This document shows positions 46,852 through 56,900 of a stretch of 64,000 nucleotides of DNA, piece after piece. Within the stretch, counting starts at the first letter, position 1. Every line of letters starts with the position of its first letter. The translations under genes and the position numbers were made by a program. Below the pieces are notes generated by a model. The model had not been told where the DNA came from. It saw only the letters and a program-made list of their open reading frames with translations, and made no database searches. This stretch comes from a bacterium (lineage in GTDB: Bacteria; UBA8248), in assembly GCA_963692865.2 (NCBI GenBank), contig OY843592.1, forward strand, positions 3,008,001 to 3,072,000. The letters run 5' to 3'.

Positions 46852-47445
46852 ACGCTTTTGAAGTTCACTCCCCCCTTGAGGGGGAGTCAGTGAGCCGAGG
46901 GCGTAGGCCCGAAAGCGAACCGGTGGGGGGCGCTCTCGTTTTGTGTGGAATTTCGTCCCAAAAATCATACCCCCCCGCCGCCTCAAGGGGCTGTTGAAAA
47001 AGCCGGAGAGAGACAATTTGTTTGTAGGTCAGACATATATGTCTGACATATCATGCGACCCTGATTTTCGCCTCCACAAGGCGGGCCGCATGATATGCGG
47101 CCCCTACAAAAACCGTTCCTCCCCGGTCAGGTGAAACATTCGTTCATCAGGACTTTTTCAACAACCCCCTCAAGTGGGGAGTGTTTGGTCGGCGCTCTTA
47201 TAAAGGGAGAGTTATTCCTCCGCCCGCCTTGATCGTCACTCCGGCTTTCGCCGGAATGACGGCGGGGGCAAACCCCTCGGAGAGGAAAGCGGGCTCATCG
47301 GATGGCCCTGCGCAGATCGTGATGATTCTGTAGTGACCCGTCCTGATGGAGGCCTTTGCCCCGATGAAGACGAAGGACAACCACGGGGGGTTGTCCCTAC
47401 AAACCCTCTACCTGGATGGCCCTTGCCGGGTTTTTCAACAACCCC
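46852..47445. repeat. Composite palindromic intergenic array 2
   Basis: ACTCCCCCCTTGAGGGGGAGT hairpin at 46866; MITE 46987-47168; CGTC hairpin ~47234-47261; GTAG hairpin 47375-47400; IS-like end ~47428-47445. Confidence 0.8.
46987..47168. mobile_element. 182-bp MITE with IS-like terminal inverted repeats, carrying a GTAG-REP doublet
   Basis: GGGGCTGTTGAAAAAGCC ... GACTTTTTCAACAACCCC flanked by a CTCAA duplication (up to CCTCAAG); inner GTAG...CTAC cassette 47024-47107. Confidence 0.8.
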
Positions 47446-47486
47446 TTCCGCCTCCCCTCCCATGATTCAGCATGGCGATGCGCGCC

Positions 47487-48611
47487 CTAGTTGATCTGGA
47501 CGAATTTCGCCCCCTTCACCCGCCAGAGCACGTAGGGGCTCTCCAGGACGTCTCCTTTCTTGTTGAACTGGAGTTTGCCCAAAGACGTGTTCCAGGCCTT
47601 GCTGCGCAGGTGCGCCGCCAGCTTGGACCCCTTGGCGCCGCCCGTGGCCTGGATCGAGCTCAGAATCATGTTCATGGCCACGTAGCTGTAAATGGTGTAG
47701 GCGCCCACTTCCTTGCCGAAACGCTTGCGGTGTTTCTTGATGACGTTCTGGGCCGCCGCGATTTTCGTCTGATCCGGCGTGAACGTTATCAAGGTGCCCT
47801 CGGCGGCCTTGCCGGCGATCTTGTAGTACTCGTCCGTGACGATGCCGTCGCCGCTCATGAAGAGCGCCTTCATGCCGAGGCGCTCGCGCATCTGCTTCAC
47901 CAGCAGGATGGCCTCGGGGTGGATGCCGCCGAAATAGACGAGTTCGGGGTTTTTCTGTTTCGCGGCCGTAAGCACGGGCGTGTAGTCCTTGTCCCCCTGC
48001 ACGACGCCGCTGTAGAAGACGGCCTTGACCCCTCTTTTCTCCAGGAACCGCTTGGTCTCGTCGGCGAGGCCCTGGCCGTAGGTGGTCTTGTCGTGGAGGA
48101 TGGCGACCCGCTTTAGCTTGAGCGTGTCCACGATGTAGTTCGCCGCCACTTCGCCTTGCTGATCGTCGCGGCCGCAGACGCGGAACACCGTCGAGAAGCC
48201 CTGCTCGGTGAGCTTGGGGTTCGTGGACGCCGGCGTGATCTGGACGACGCCCGCCTCCGCGTACACGGTGGACGCCGGAATGGAGACCGAACTGTTGAAA
48301 TGGCCGACGATGCCTGCGGCGCCCGAGTTCACGAACTTGTGCGCGATCGACACCCCTTCCCTGGGGTCGTGGCGGTCGTCGCCCCAGAGGATGTCCACCT
48401 TCATCTTCTTGCCGCCGACGCTCACGCCGCCCTTGGCGTTCCATTCCTCGACGGCGATCGTTGCGCCGTTTTTCAGCATTTCGCCGAACGCCGCCTGATC
48501 GCCCGTGAGCGGACCGGCCACGCCGATCTTGATCGTCGCGGCGTGCGCGGCCGAACCCAGGAAGGCGGCGGCTGTGAGAATGGTCAGGGCATGGAATATC
48601 CTGCTGCGCAT
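47487..48611 (-). CDS. livK: Branched-chain amino acid ABC substrate-binding protein
   Basis: Signal peptide (AHA|ATIK), IGVAGPLTG, VGHFNSS, TPASTNP, RVCGRDDQQG. Confidence 0.92.
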   Translation of the reverse strand: MRSRIFHALTILTAAAFLGSAAHAATIKIGVAGPLTGDQAAFGEMLKNGATIAVEEWNAKGGVSVGGKKMKVDILWGDDRHDPREGVSIAHKFVNSGAAGIVGHFNSSVSIPASTVYAEAGVVQITPASTNPKLTEQGFSTVFRVCGRDDQQGEVAANYIVDTLKLKRVAILHDKTTYGQGLADETKRFLEKRGVKAVFYSGVVQGDKDYTPVLTAAKQKNPELVYFGGIHPEAILLVKQMRERLGMKALFMSGDGIVTDEYYKIAGKAAEGTLITFTPDQTKIAAAQNVIKKHRKRFGKEVGAYTIYSYVAMNMILSSIQATGGAKGSKLAAHLRSKAWNTSLGKLQFNKKGDVLESPYVLWRVKGAKFVQIN

Positions 48612-48777
48612 GGGGTTCCTCCTTCAGGTGATTGGAATTCCTGGAAACCGGGCGGGCCGCACGGCCCGTCATCGCGCCGTCATGCGACCCCGCGACGAGG
48701 CCGTGAGAAACAAGGTCATGTCAAGAATACCCTATTTCGGTTCGGCGGCAAAAGTTTTTTTGGGGAGACTTCGCGGA

Positions 48778-48972
48778 CGGCCGGTTGAAAAAGCCCCGCA
48801 GCGACCCCTGCAAACCGCCAACGCCTCTTTCTTCATCCTGAGTAGCCGCCGAAGGTCAAACGCGAGTGAGGAGGGGGGTTGGTTTTGCGGCGTCGGCCCC
48901 TACGGAATCATCCCGTCGCCGACCGGGTAGCGGAACAACCACTCCCCCCTTGAGGGGGCTGCTGAAAACCCC
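48778..48972. repeat. Composite palindromic array 3 upstream of livK
   Basis: IS-like end at ~48780 followed by a CATCCTGAGTAGCCGCC module homologous to 61074-61190; CCCCTACGG module shared with ~49838 and ~61699; ACTCCCCCCTTGAG-GGGGCTGCTGAAAA at 48941-48968. Confidence 0.7.
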
Positions 48973-49616
48973 GGCTTCGGCGGCGGGCGGCATGGAGGCT
49001 CACGCGGCGGAGAGGAAGCCCGCGCCGGGTCTTCGCCGCGCCTTCCTGCGGGCGGTTTGCGCGGAAATGCGGGGAGAGCCGCGCAATTCATCGCAGATGC
49101 GGGCAAATGCGGGGCGCAAAGAAAATTTTGCGGCCGTATCTGAGCCGCCCGCGCTCAGATATATGAAACAAGTCTTTTCATTACAATAAGTTGCGATATT
49201 TTCCCGCTTTCGTTTTTTATCGAAAAACCCCGTGAATTTATACAATTTTATCCAATTTCCCGGTATTTTACCGAAATTCCCGGCGCACCCCTCGCGCTCC
49301 GTCCCCGAGCGCGAAAGAGCGGTCCCGACCGCCATGAGAAGAGCCGCCGTCTTCACTCCCGCCGCATCACTGAATCCCATGAGAAAACCTCCGCGTCTTT
49401 CGGCTCCATTCCGAACCAAGCGGGAAAACCGCTTCCCCGCGACGCGCGCACGATAGCGCAGGACGGGATTGGGGGAGGAAGAGGAATTGCGGGGAAATGC
49501 GTAGCCGGGCGCAATTCGGGCGTTTCCCGAAAAAAGCGGTAAATCGCCGACCGGACGCGGACGCAATGCCGGGCGAAACGGGGGGTTTTCCCGAACAAAA
49601 AAGAGACGATGGTTTT

Positions 49617-49677
49617 GCAGGGGCCGTTCGCGAACGGCCCTCCCGAAAAAAACGAGCGCTTCACGAAGCGCCCCTAC
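49617..49677. repeat. GTAG-type REP doublet (REPIN-like)
   Basis: GCAGGGGCCGTTCGCGAACGGCCC ... GAGCGCTTCACGAAGCGCCCCTAC. Confidence 0.7.
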
Positions 49678-49697
49678 GGTCGCCATTCAGATTCGAT

Positions 49698-50879
49698 GTA
49701 GGGGTCGCATATCATGCGACCCGTATTGTGAAGACGAAAAGGCAGGGCCGCATAGTATGCGACCCCTACAATGCCATCGCGTTTTGCGTAGCAGGACAGG
49801 CGCGGTGGCCTGTGGGACAGCCCCGAGGAGAGGCCGGCGCTACGGGAGCATCACGTCGCCGACCGGGGATACATGGACTTTTTCAACAGCCCCTCATCGG
49901 TCGGAATCGATCACCGGCGTCATTCCGGCGAAAGCCGGAATCCATTTTCAAGCAAAATGACAATACGTCGGCTTTTCATCTCCCCGTCCTTGGCGCGAAT
50001 CAATCAGAAAATAAAAAAACAAGGCGAAACAAATGGATTCCGTCGAACCCTCATTCATCAATCGGGTTCGACCTCCCTCCCCGGTCGGCTCCGACGCCGG
50101 AATGACGGCGGTGTGATCCGGTTCAACGGATGCGAGGGGGTGCAGGGATCGCATATATGGGGCTGTTGAAAAAGCCCCCTCAAGGGGGGAGGTTCTTCTG
50201 CGCGTGTACCGAAGGGGCCGCATCCCTCTCTCTTTGATCTGAAACGACCCCCGTAGGGGTCGCATATCATGCGACCCGTATTGTGAAGACGAAAAGGCAG
50301 GGCCGCATAGTATGCGACCCCTACAATGCCATCGCGTTTTGCGTAGCAGGACAGGCGCGGTGGCCTGTGGGACAGCCCCGAGGAGAGGCCGGCGCTACGG
50401 GAGCATCACGTCGCCGACCGGGGATACATGGACTTTTTCAACAGCCCCTCATCGGTCGGAATCGATCACCGGCGTCATTCCGGCGAAAGCCGGAATCCAT
50501 TTTCAAGCAAAATGACAATACGTCGGCTTTTCATCTCCCCGTCCTTGGCGCGAATCAATCAGAAAATAAAAAAACAAGGCGAAACAAATGGATTCCGTCG
50601 AACCCTCATTCATCAATCGGGTTCGACCTCCCTCCCCGGTCGGCTCCGACGCCGGAATGACGGCGGTGTGATCCGGTTCAACGGATGCGAGGGGGTGCAG
50701 GGATCGCATATATGGGGCTGTTGAAAAAGCCCCCTCAAGGGGGGAGGTTCTTCTGCGCGTGTACCGAAGGGGCCGCATCCCTCTCTCTTTGATCTGAAAC
50801 GACCCCCGTAGGGGTCGCATATCATGCGACCCGTATTGTGAAGACGAAAAGGCAGGGCCGCATGATATGCGGCCCCTAC
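49698..50879. repeat. 555-bp tandem duplication: REPIN(72)-spacer(483)-REPIN-spacer-REPIN
   Basis: Units start with GTAGGGGTCGCATATCATGCGACCC at 49698, 50253 and 50808; identical ORF-track peptides at a 555-bp offset. Confidence 0.95.
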
Positions 50880-50918
50880 GGTCGGATCCCCCGGCTGCTG
50901 CGGAATATCCCCGCCCCC

Positions 50919-53900
50919 CTACCAGCGCAGGGAGCCGCGAAGCGCCACGCCGTGCGCCGGGTCGTCGTTCTCTCGCTCGCGCACGTCGCCCTCGACGCTC
51001 ATGCTCAGGCGCTCGCCCACCTTGAAGCGCCCGCCCAGGCGGTAGATCCCGCTCCCGCCCTCGGACACCGAGAGACCGGCGTAGGGCGTCAGCAGACCGC
51101 CCCAGGCGTCCAGCCCGTAGCCCACCTCCGCGCGCACGCGGGGGTCGAGACCCCGGACTTCCTCTTTCGCCAGGCGCGAGGCGTCCTTGAGACCCCACAG
51201 GCGCGCGGCCCCGCCGGCGGTCTCGCCCATTTCAGGCCGCACGGTGAGGGCGAGGCCCCGGCCCGCCTCCCCGGGCGCTATGCGGATCATGCCGCCCGCG
51301 CCCCAGTCCGCCGCGTCTTCCTCCTCGTGCGTGAGGAGACCGCGCGCCTTGAACTCCAGCGTGAGGCCCAGGGCCGGACTCGTGAAGCGAAGGCTCCCGC
51401 CCACCTCCACGCCCGCCCCCTCGTCCGCGTCGCCCCCGTCGTGGCGAAGGCCCGCCTCCACGGAGGGCCGGAACGCGCCGCCGTCCTTCATCGAAACCTC
51501 GCGCGAGGCCTCCAGCATCACCCGAAGGCGGGTCGCCTCCGCCGATACGGCATCGAGGCCGTCCTTCGCGTCCGCGTCCGTCTGCGCCAGCAGGACGTCG
51601 GACTTCACCGCCAGGTCGAACCCGCCCACCTTCGCGAGTTCGCCCCGAAGACCGAACGCGGCCATCCGCATCTCGATGTCGGTCTCGGCCTCGGCCTTCT
51701 GCCGGACGTCTTTCCTGTCCATCTCCAGCGTCATCTCGCCCCGGCCCATTCCCAGGACGCCCCAGGCCGTGACCCGCTCGTTCAGCGCGAAGCGCAGGTA
51801 GGGGTGCGCGCTCGTGAGCGTCGCCTCCACCCCGCTGCGGCCCCCGCTCTCGAAGCCCCCCTCGCCTCTGGCGTGAGAGAGCGCCACGCCCATGAGGACG
51901 GCGTTCTTCTCGTAGTCCACGCCCAGCATGGCCGTCGACACGTCGCCCTCGATGGCGGCCGCCCCGCCGCCCTCGAAACTCGTGCGCGCGCCCCGGCCCC
52001 AGAGCGACCAGCGTCCGCCCGGGACGGCCTCGCCCTCCCCGGCGGAGGCCAGGTGGAACGAACCGCCCCGCAGAAACTCGCTCATCGTCATCTCGCGGTA
52101 GGCGGGGGAGTCCTCCTCCCCGTTCGCCGGCCGGTTCGCGGCCCTTGCGCGCGCGAGGCCGCGGGAGTCGGTTCCACCATGCGTGAGCGAGGCGGACCCG
52201 AAGCCCGCGCCTTCTTTCGCGAGGTAGCGGTCCGGATCCGCATTCAGGTCCACGCTCCGGCCGCCGAGCGTCACCTTCGCCCCGCCCGGCGCGGGCGCGT
52301 TCATCCGGCTCGATATCATCTCCACCGCCTGGCTTCCCACCGCGCGGCCGAAGCGCGCCAGCCAGCCCCGCATCGCGGGGGGCGACCAGACGGGCGTCAC
52401 GGCGTCGGACGCCGGCGATGCCGCCCCCTCGCCGGCCGCGTTCACCGCGCGCACCTTGAACCGGTAGGCCACGCCGTTGACCAGGCTCGCGACGGTGTGG
52501 CGCCTCGTCGACGCCCCGCTGCCGGGAACGTCTCTCCAGGCCGTCTCGAAGGCGCCGCCCCCGGCCTGCTTGACGTATTGCCACTTCGTGATCGACGAGC
52601 CGCCGTCGCTCCCCGGGGTCCACGACAGCGCGACGCTGCCGTCGCCCGCCGTTGCGACCGGCTTCGACGGAGCGGAGGGCTTCGCGGCGGGCGTCAAGGC
52701 GTCCGTCGCCTCCGAAGCGGCCCCCGCGCCGAGCGCATTCACCGCGCGCACCCGGAAGCGGTAGGTAACGCCGTTGGTCAGGCCGGTGACGGTGTGGCTC
52801 GTCCTGTCCGGGCAGTCGGGTTCCATCGCCGTAACGCAGATGTCGGTCCAGACCGTCTCGAAATCGCCGTCCCCGGCCTGCTTGACGTATTGCCACTTCG
52901 TGATCGGCGAGCCGCCGTCGCTCCCCGGGGTCCACGACAGCGCGACGCTGCCGTCGCCCGCCGTTGCGACCGGCTTCGACGGAGCGGAGGGCGTCGAGAC
53001 GGGCGTCACGGCGTTCGTCGCCCCCGAAGCGGCGCCCGCGCCGAGCCTGTTCACCGCGCGCACCCGGAAGCGGTAGGTAACGCCGTTGGTCAGGCCGGTG
53101 ACGGTGTGGCTCGTCCTGTCCGGGCAGTCGGGTTCCATCGCCGTAACGCAGATGTCGGTCCAGACCGTCTCGAAATCGCCGTCCCCGGCCTGCTTGACGT
53201 ACTGCCACTTCGTGATCGACGAGCCGCCGTCGCTCCCCGGGGTCCACGACAGCGCGACGCTGCCGTCGCCCGCCGTTGCGACCGGCTTCGACGGAGCGGA
53301 GGGCTTCGCGGCGGGCGTCAAGGCGTCCGTCGCCTCCGAAGCGGCCCCCGCGCCGAGCGCATTCACCGCGCGCACCCGGAAGCGGTAGGTAACGCCGTTG
53401 GTCAGGCCGGTGACGGTGTGGCTCGTCCTGTCCGGGCAGTCGGGTTCCATCGCCGTAACGCAGATGTCGGTCCAGACCGTCTCGAAATCGCCGTCCCCGG
53501 CCTGCTTGACGTATTGCCACTTCGTGATCGGCGAGCCGCCGTCGCTCCCCGGGGTCCACGACAGCGCGACGCTGCCGTCGCCCGCCGTTGCGACCGGCTT
53601 CGACGGAGCGGAGGGCGTCGAGACGGGCGTCACGGCGTTCGTCGCCCCCGAAGCGGCGCCCGCGCCGAGCCCGTTCACCGCGCGCACCCGGAAGCGGTAG
53701 GTAACGCCGTTGGTCAGGCCGGTGACGGTGTGGCTCGTCCTGTCCGGGCAGTCGGGTTCCGTCGCCGTAACGCAGATGTCGGTCCAGACCGTCTCGAAAT
53801 CTTCGTCCCCGGCCTGCTTGACGTACTGCCACTTCGTGATCGACGAGCCGCCGTCGCTCCCCGGGGTCCACGACAGCGCGACGCTGCCGTCGCCCGCCGT

Positions 53901-56900
53901 TGCGACCGGCTTCGACGGAGCGGAGGGCTTCGCGGCGGGCGTCAAGGCGTCCGTCGCCCCCGAAGCGGCGCCCGCGCCGAGCCCGTTCACCGCGCGCACC
54001 CGGAAGCGGTAGGTAACGCCGTTGGTCAGGCCGGTGACGGTGTGGCTCGTCCTGTCCGGACAGTCGGGTTCCGTCGCCGTAACGCAGATGTCGGTCCAGA
54101 CCGTCTCGAAATCTTCGTCCCCGGCCTGCTTGACGTATTGCCACTTCGTGATCGGCGAGCCGCCGTCGCCACCCGAGGTCCAGAAGAGCGTCGCGCTGCC
54201 GTCGCCCGACACCGCGCCCGGCTGCCCGCCCGGCCCGGTTATGGAAGGCGCGGAGGGCGTCGAGACGGGCGTCACGGCGTTCGTCGCCTCCGAAGCGGCC
54301 CCCGCGCCGAGCGCATTCACCGCGCGCACCCGGAAGCGGTAGGCAACGCCGTTGGTCAGGCCGGTGACGGTGTGGCTCGTCCTGTCCGGACAGTCGGGTT
54401 CCATCGCCGTAACGCAGATGTCGGTCCAGACCGTCTCGAAATCGCCGTCCCCGGCCTGCTTGACGTATTGCCACTTCGTGATCGGCGAGCCGCCGTCGCC
54501 ACCCGAGGTCCAGAAGAGCGTCGCGCTGCCGTCGCCCGCCACCGCGCCCGGCTGCCCGCCCGGCCCGGTTATGGAAGGCGCGGAGGGCGCCCCGACGGGC
54601 GTCACGGCGTTCGTCGCCCCCGAAGCGGCGCCCGCGCCGAGCCTGTTCACCGCGCGCACCCGGAAGCGGTAGGCAACGCCGTTGGTCAGGCCGGTGACGG
54701 TGTGGCTCCTCCTGTCCGGGCAGTCGGGTTCCGTCGCCGTAACGCAGATGTCGGTCCAGAACGTCTCGAAATCTTCGTCCCCGGCCTGCTTGACGTACTG
54801 CCACTTCGTGATCGACGAGCCGCCGTCGCCCCCCGAGGTCCAGAAGAACGTCGCGCTGCCGTCGCCCGCCACCGCGCCCGGCTGCCCGCCCGGCCCGGTG
54901 ATGAAAGGCGCGGAGGGCGTCGAGACGGGGTTGGAGGGCCTCACGGCGTCCGACTCGGGCGAAGCGGCGCCGTCGCCCTCGCCGTTCACCGCGCGCACCT
55001 TGAACCTGTATTCCGTGCCGAAGGCGAGGCCGGTGACGGTGTGCTTGGCCCTCTCCGGGCAGTCGGGTTGCGTCGCCGTAACGCAGATGTCGGTCCAGTC
55101 CGTCTCGAAATCTTCGTCCCCGGCCTTCTTGACGTACTGCCACTTCGTGATCGGGTGGCCGCCGTCGCCCCGCGATATCCAGGTCAGCGCGACGCTGCCG
55201 GCGCCGGCGGTCGCGCCCGGCTTCTCCGGCGGGGGGGGCGGCCCGGTGAGCGCCAGTTCGATCGATTCGGGCGAAGCGGCGCCGCCGCCGATCGCGTTCA
55301 CCGCGCGCACCTTGAACTTGTAGGACGTCCCGTTGAACAGGCCCGTCACGGTGTGAGCGTTGAAGAATACTTGCCGGCAGTCGGGGAGCGTATCGTGATC
55401 CGAGGCCATCGCGCAGGCGTCGGTCCAGCTTCCGTAGCCGCCGTAGTTCCCACCGGGCGGCTTGGACGCGAAGGCGTATTGAAACTTCGTGATCCCCGTT
55501 CCGCCGTCGCTCGGCGAGAACCAGTAAAGATTTACGCTCGCGTCGCCCGCCGTCACCGGGTAAAACGAAATCCAAGACGGCGTACCGGGCGGCGCGGCGG
55601 GCGTCACGGCGTTCGATTCGGGCGAATCGACGCCGGGGCCGCCGGTATTCACCGCGCGCACCTTGAACTTGTAGGTATTGCCGTTAATCAGGCCGGTGAC
55701 GGTGTGGCTGGTCCTGTTCGGGCAGGTGGCGTCCTGTGAGGTCTCGCAGATGTCGCTCCAGCTGCCGTAGCCGTAACTCTGCTTGTAGGCGTACTGCCAC
55801 TTCGTGATCGCCGATCCGCCGGCTCCCCCCGAGGTCCACGACAGCGTGACGCTTCGGTCGCCGGGGGTCACCCCCGGCTTCGAGGGCGCGGGGGGCGTCT
55901 CGATCTCGATGAAGTCCGTCTTCGAGAAATCCCGGCCCTCGACGCTCTGGGAGGATTTCAGGGAGACGTTCCACCTGCCGTTCCGAGCCGTGTTACCGGT
56001 GTTGCCATCCTCGTCGTGCAGCGTCGTCCCGTTCAGGACGATGGTCGTCACGCCGCCGTCGTTCATGATGTAGTCGTCCCCGAAGACCTGCGCCATCGTG
56101 CGCCCGTCGAGGGTGAGGCTCACGTGGAGCGCGGGGGCGGTCTCCGTGGCGAGCTTCCTCGCCGCGCGAATCGCCGCGCCCGACGCCGCCCGCAGACTTG
56201 CGTCCTTCCCGATGACCACCTTGCCCCCGCCGGAGAGATACACCCCCGCCGCGTCGCCCGAGCCGCCCGTCACCGAACCGTTCACCGTCACCGTCTGTTG
56301 TCGGTAGCCGTCCGTCCCCAGCTTCGCCGCGAGCTCCAGGGCTTGCGTCGTACTGTTGAACCCGCCTATCCGGACGCCGCTCGCCTTCGCTCCCGAAGCG
56401 GTGAGCGAAGCCCCCGCGCCGATGGAGATCGCTATCGTCCCCTCGCCCGTCCGATGCCCGGCGTAGACGCCGTGGGCGTCCGCGCCCGTCGTCGTGACAC
56501 TGGTGGAGGCGCCCCGAACGTCCAGGTCGATGTCGCCGCCGGCGCCGGTATGGACGCCGTATGCGCCGTGGGAATCCGCGCCGCCCGTGGTGATGGAGGC
56601 GCCGCCCGCCACGTCGATCTCCAAATTGCCCTTGCTGTTCGAGCTTTCGTTGTAATGCCAGGCGAATATCCCGTGGGCGTCGTCGCCCTCCGTCTCGATG
56701 GAGGCGCCGTCAAGGCCCAGATCGACGTTGGCCGACTTCGTCGCCGATGCTATTCCATAATGCAGGCCGTATATCCCGTGGGAGCCGTCTTTCTTCGTGT
56801 TGATCGACGCGCTGCCCGCCACGTCGATCTCGATGTCGCCGTAGATGGGGCCGGTGTTCGAAAGTATGGCATGCCAGGCGGAAATCCCGTGGGACCTCTC

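Noticed and set aside
47262-47375. c-di-GMP-I riboswitch (GGCAAACC) or hammerhead (CTGATG...GAA) lookalikes; similar GGCGCGAAGC near 58022
   Set aside because: The required GAAA tetraloop/GACGCAAAG or CUGAUGA...GAAA cores are missing, and both lie on the strand opposite to the nearest large genes.
49497-50825. Short ORFs inside the repeat arrays (for example MKTKRQGRIVCDPY..., also at 42.6-43.2, 46.7-47.4 and 61.1-62.1 kb)
   Set aside because: They are translations of palindromic modules, appear in all frames, and show no transposase or other protein motifs.
49698-50879. CRISPR array
   Set aside because: Repeats are 72 bp, the spacers are 483 bp and identical, and there are no cas genes.
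50838-55739. 1633-aa + strand ORF and the 1447-aa alternative-frame ORF (51232-55575)
   Set aside because: Antisense and frame shadows of the GC-rich repetitive adhesin gene; Arg/Gly-rich with no recognisable motifs.
52388-55900. Diversity-generating retroelement TR/VR pair
   Set aside because: No reverse transcriptase in the window; repeats are in-frame tandem domains and differences are not confined to adenines.
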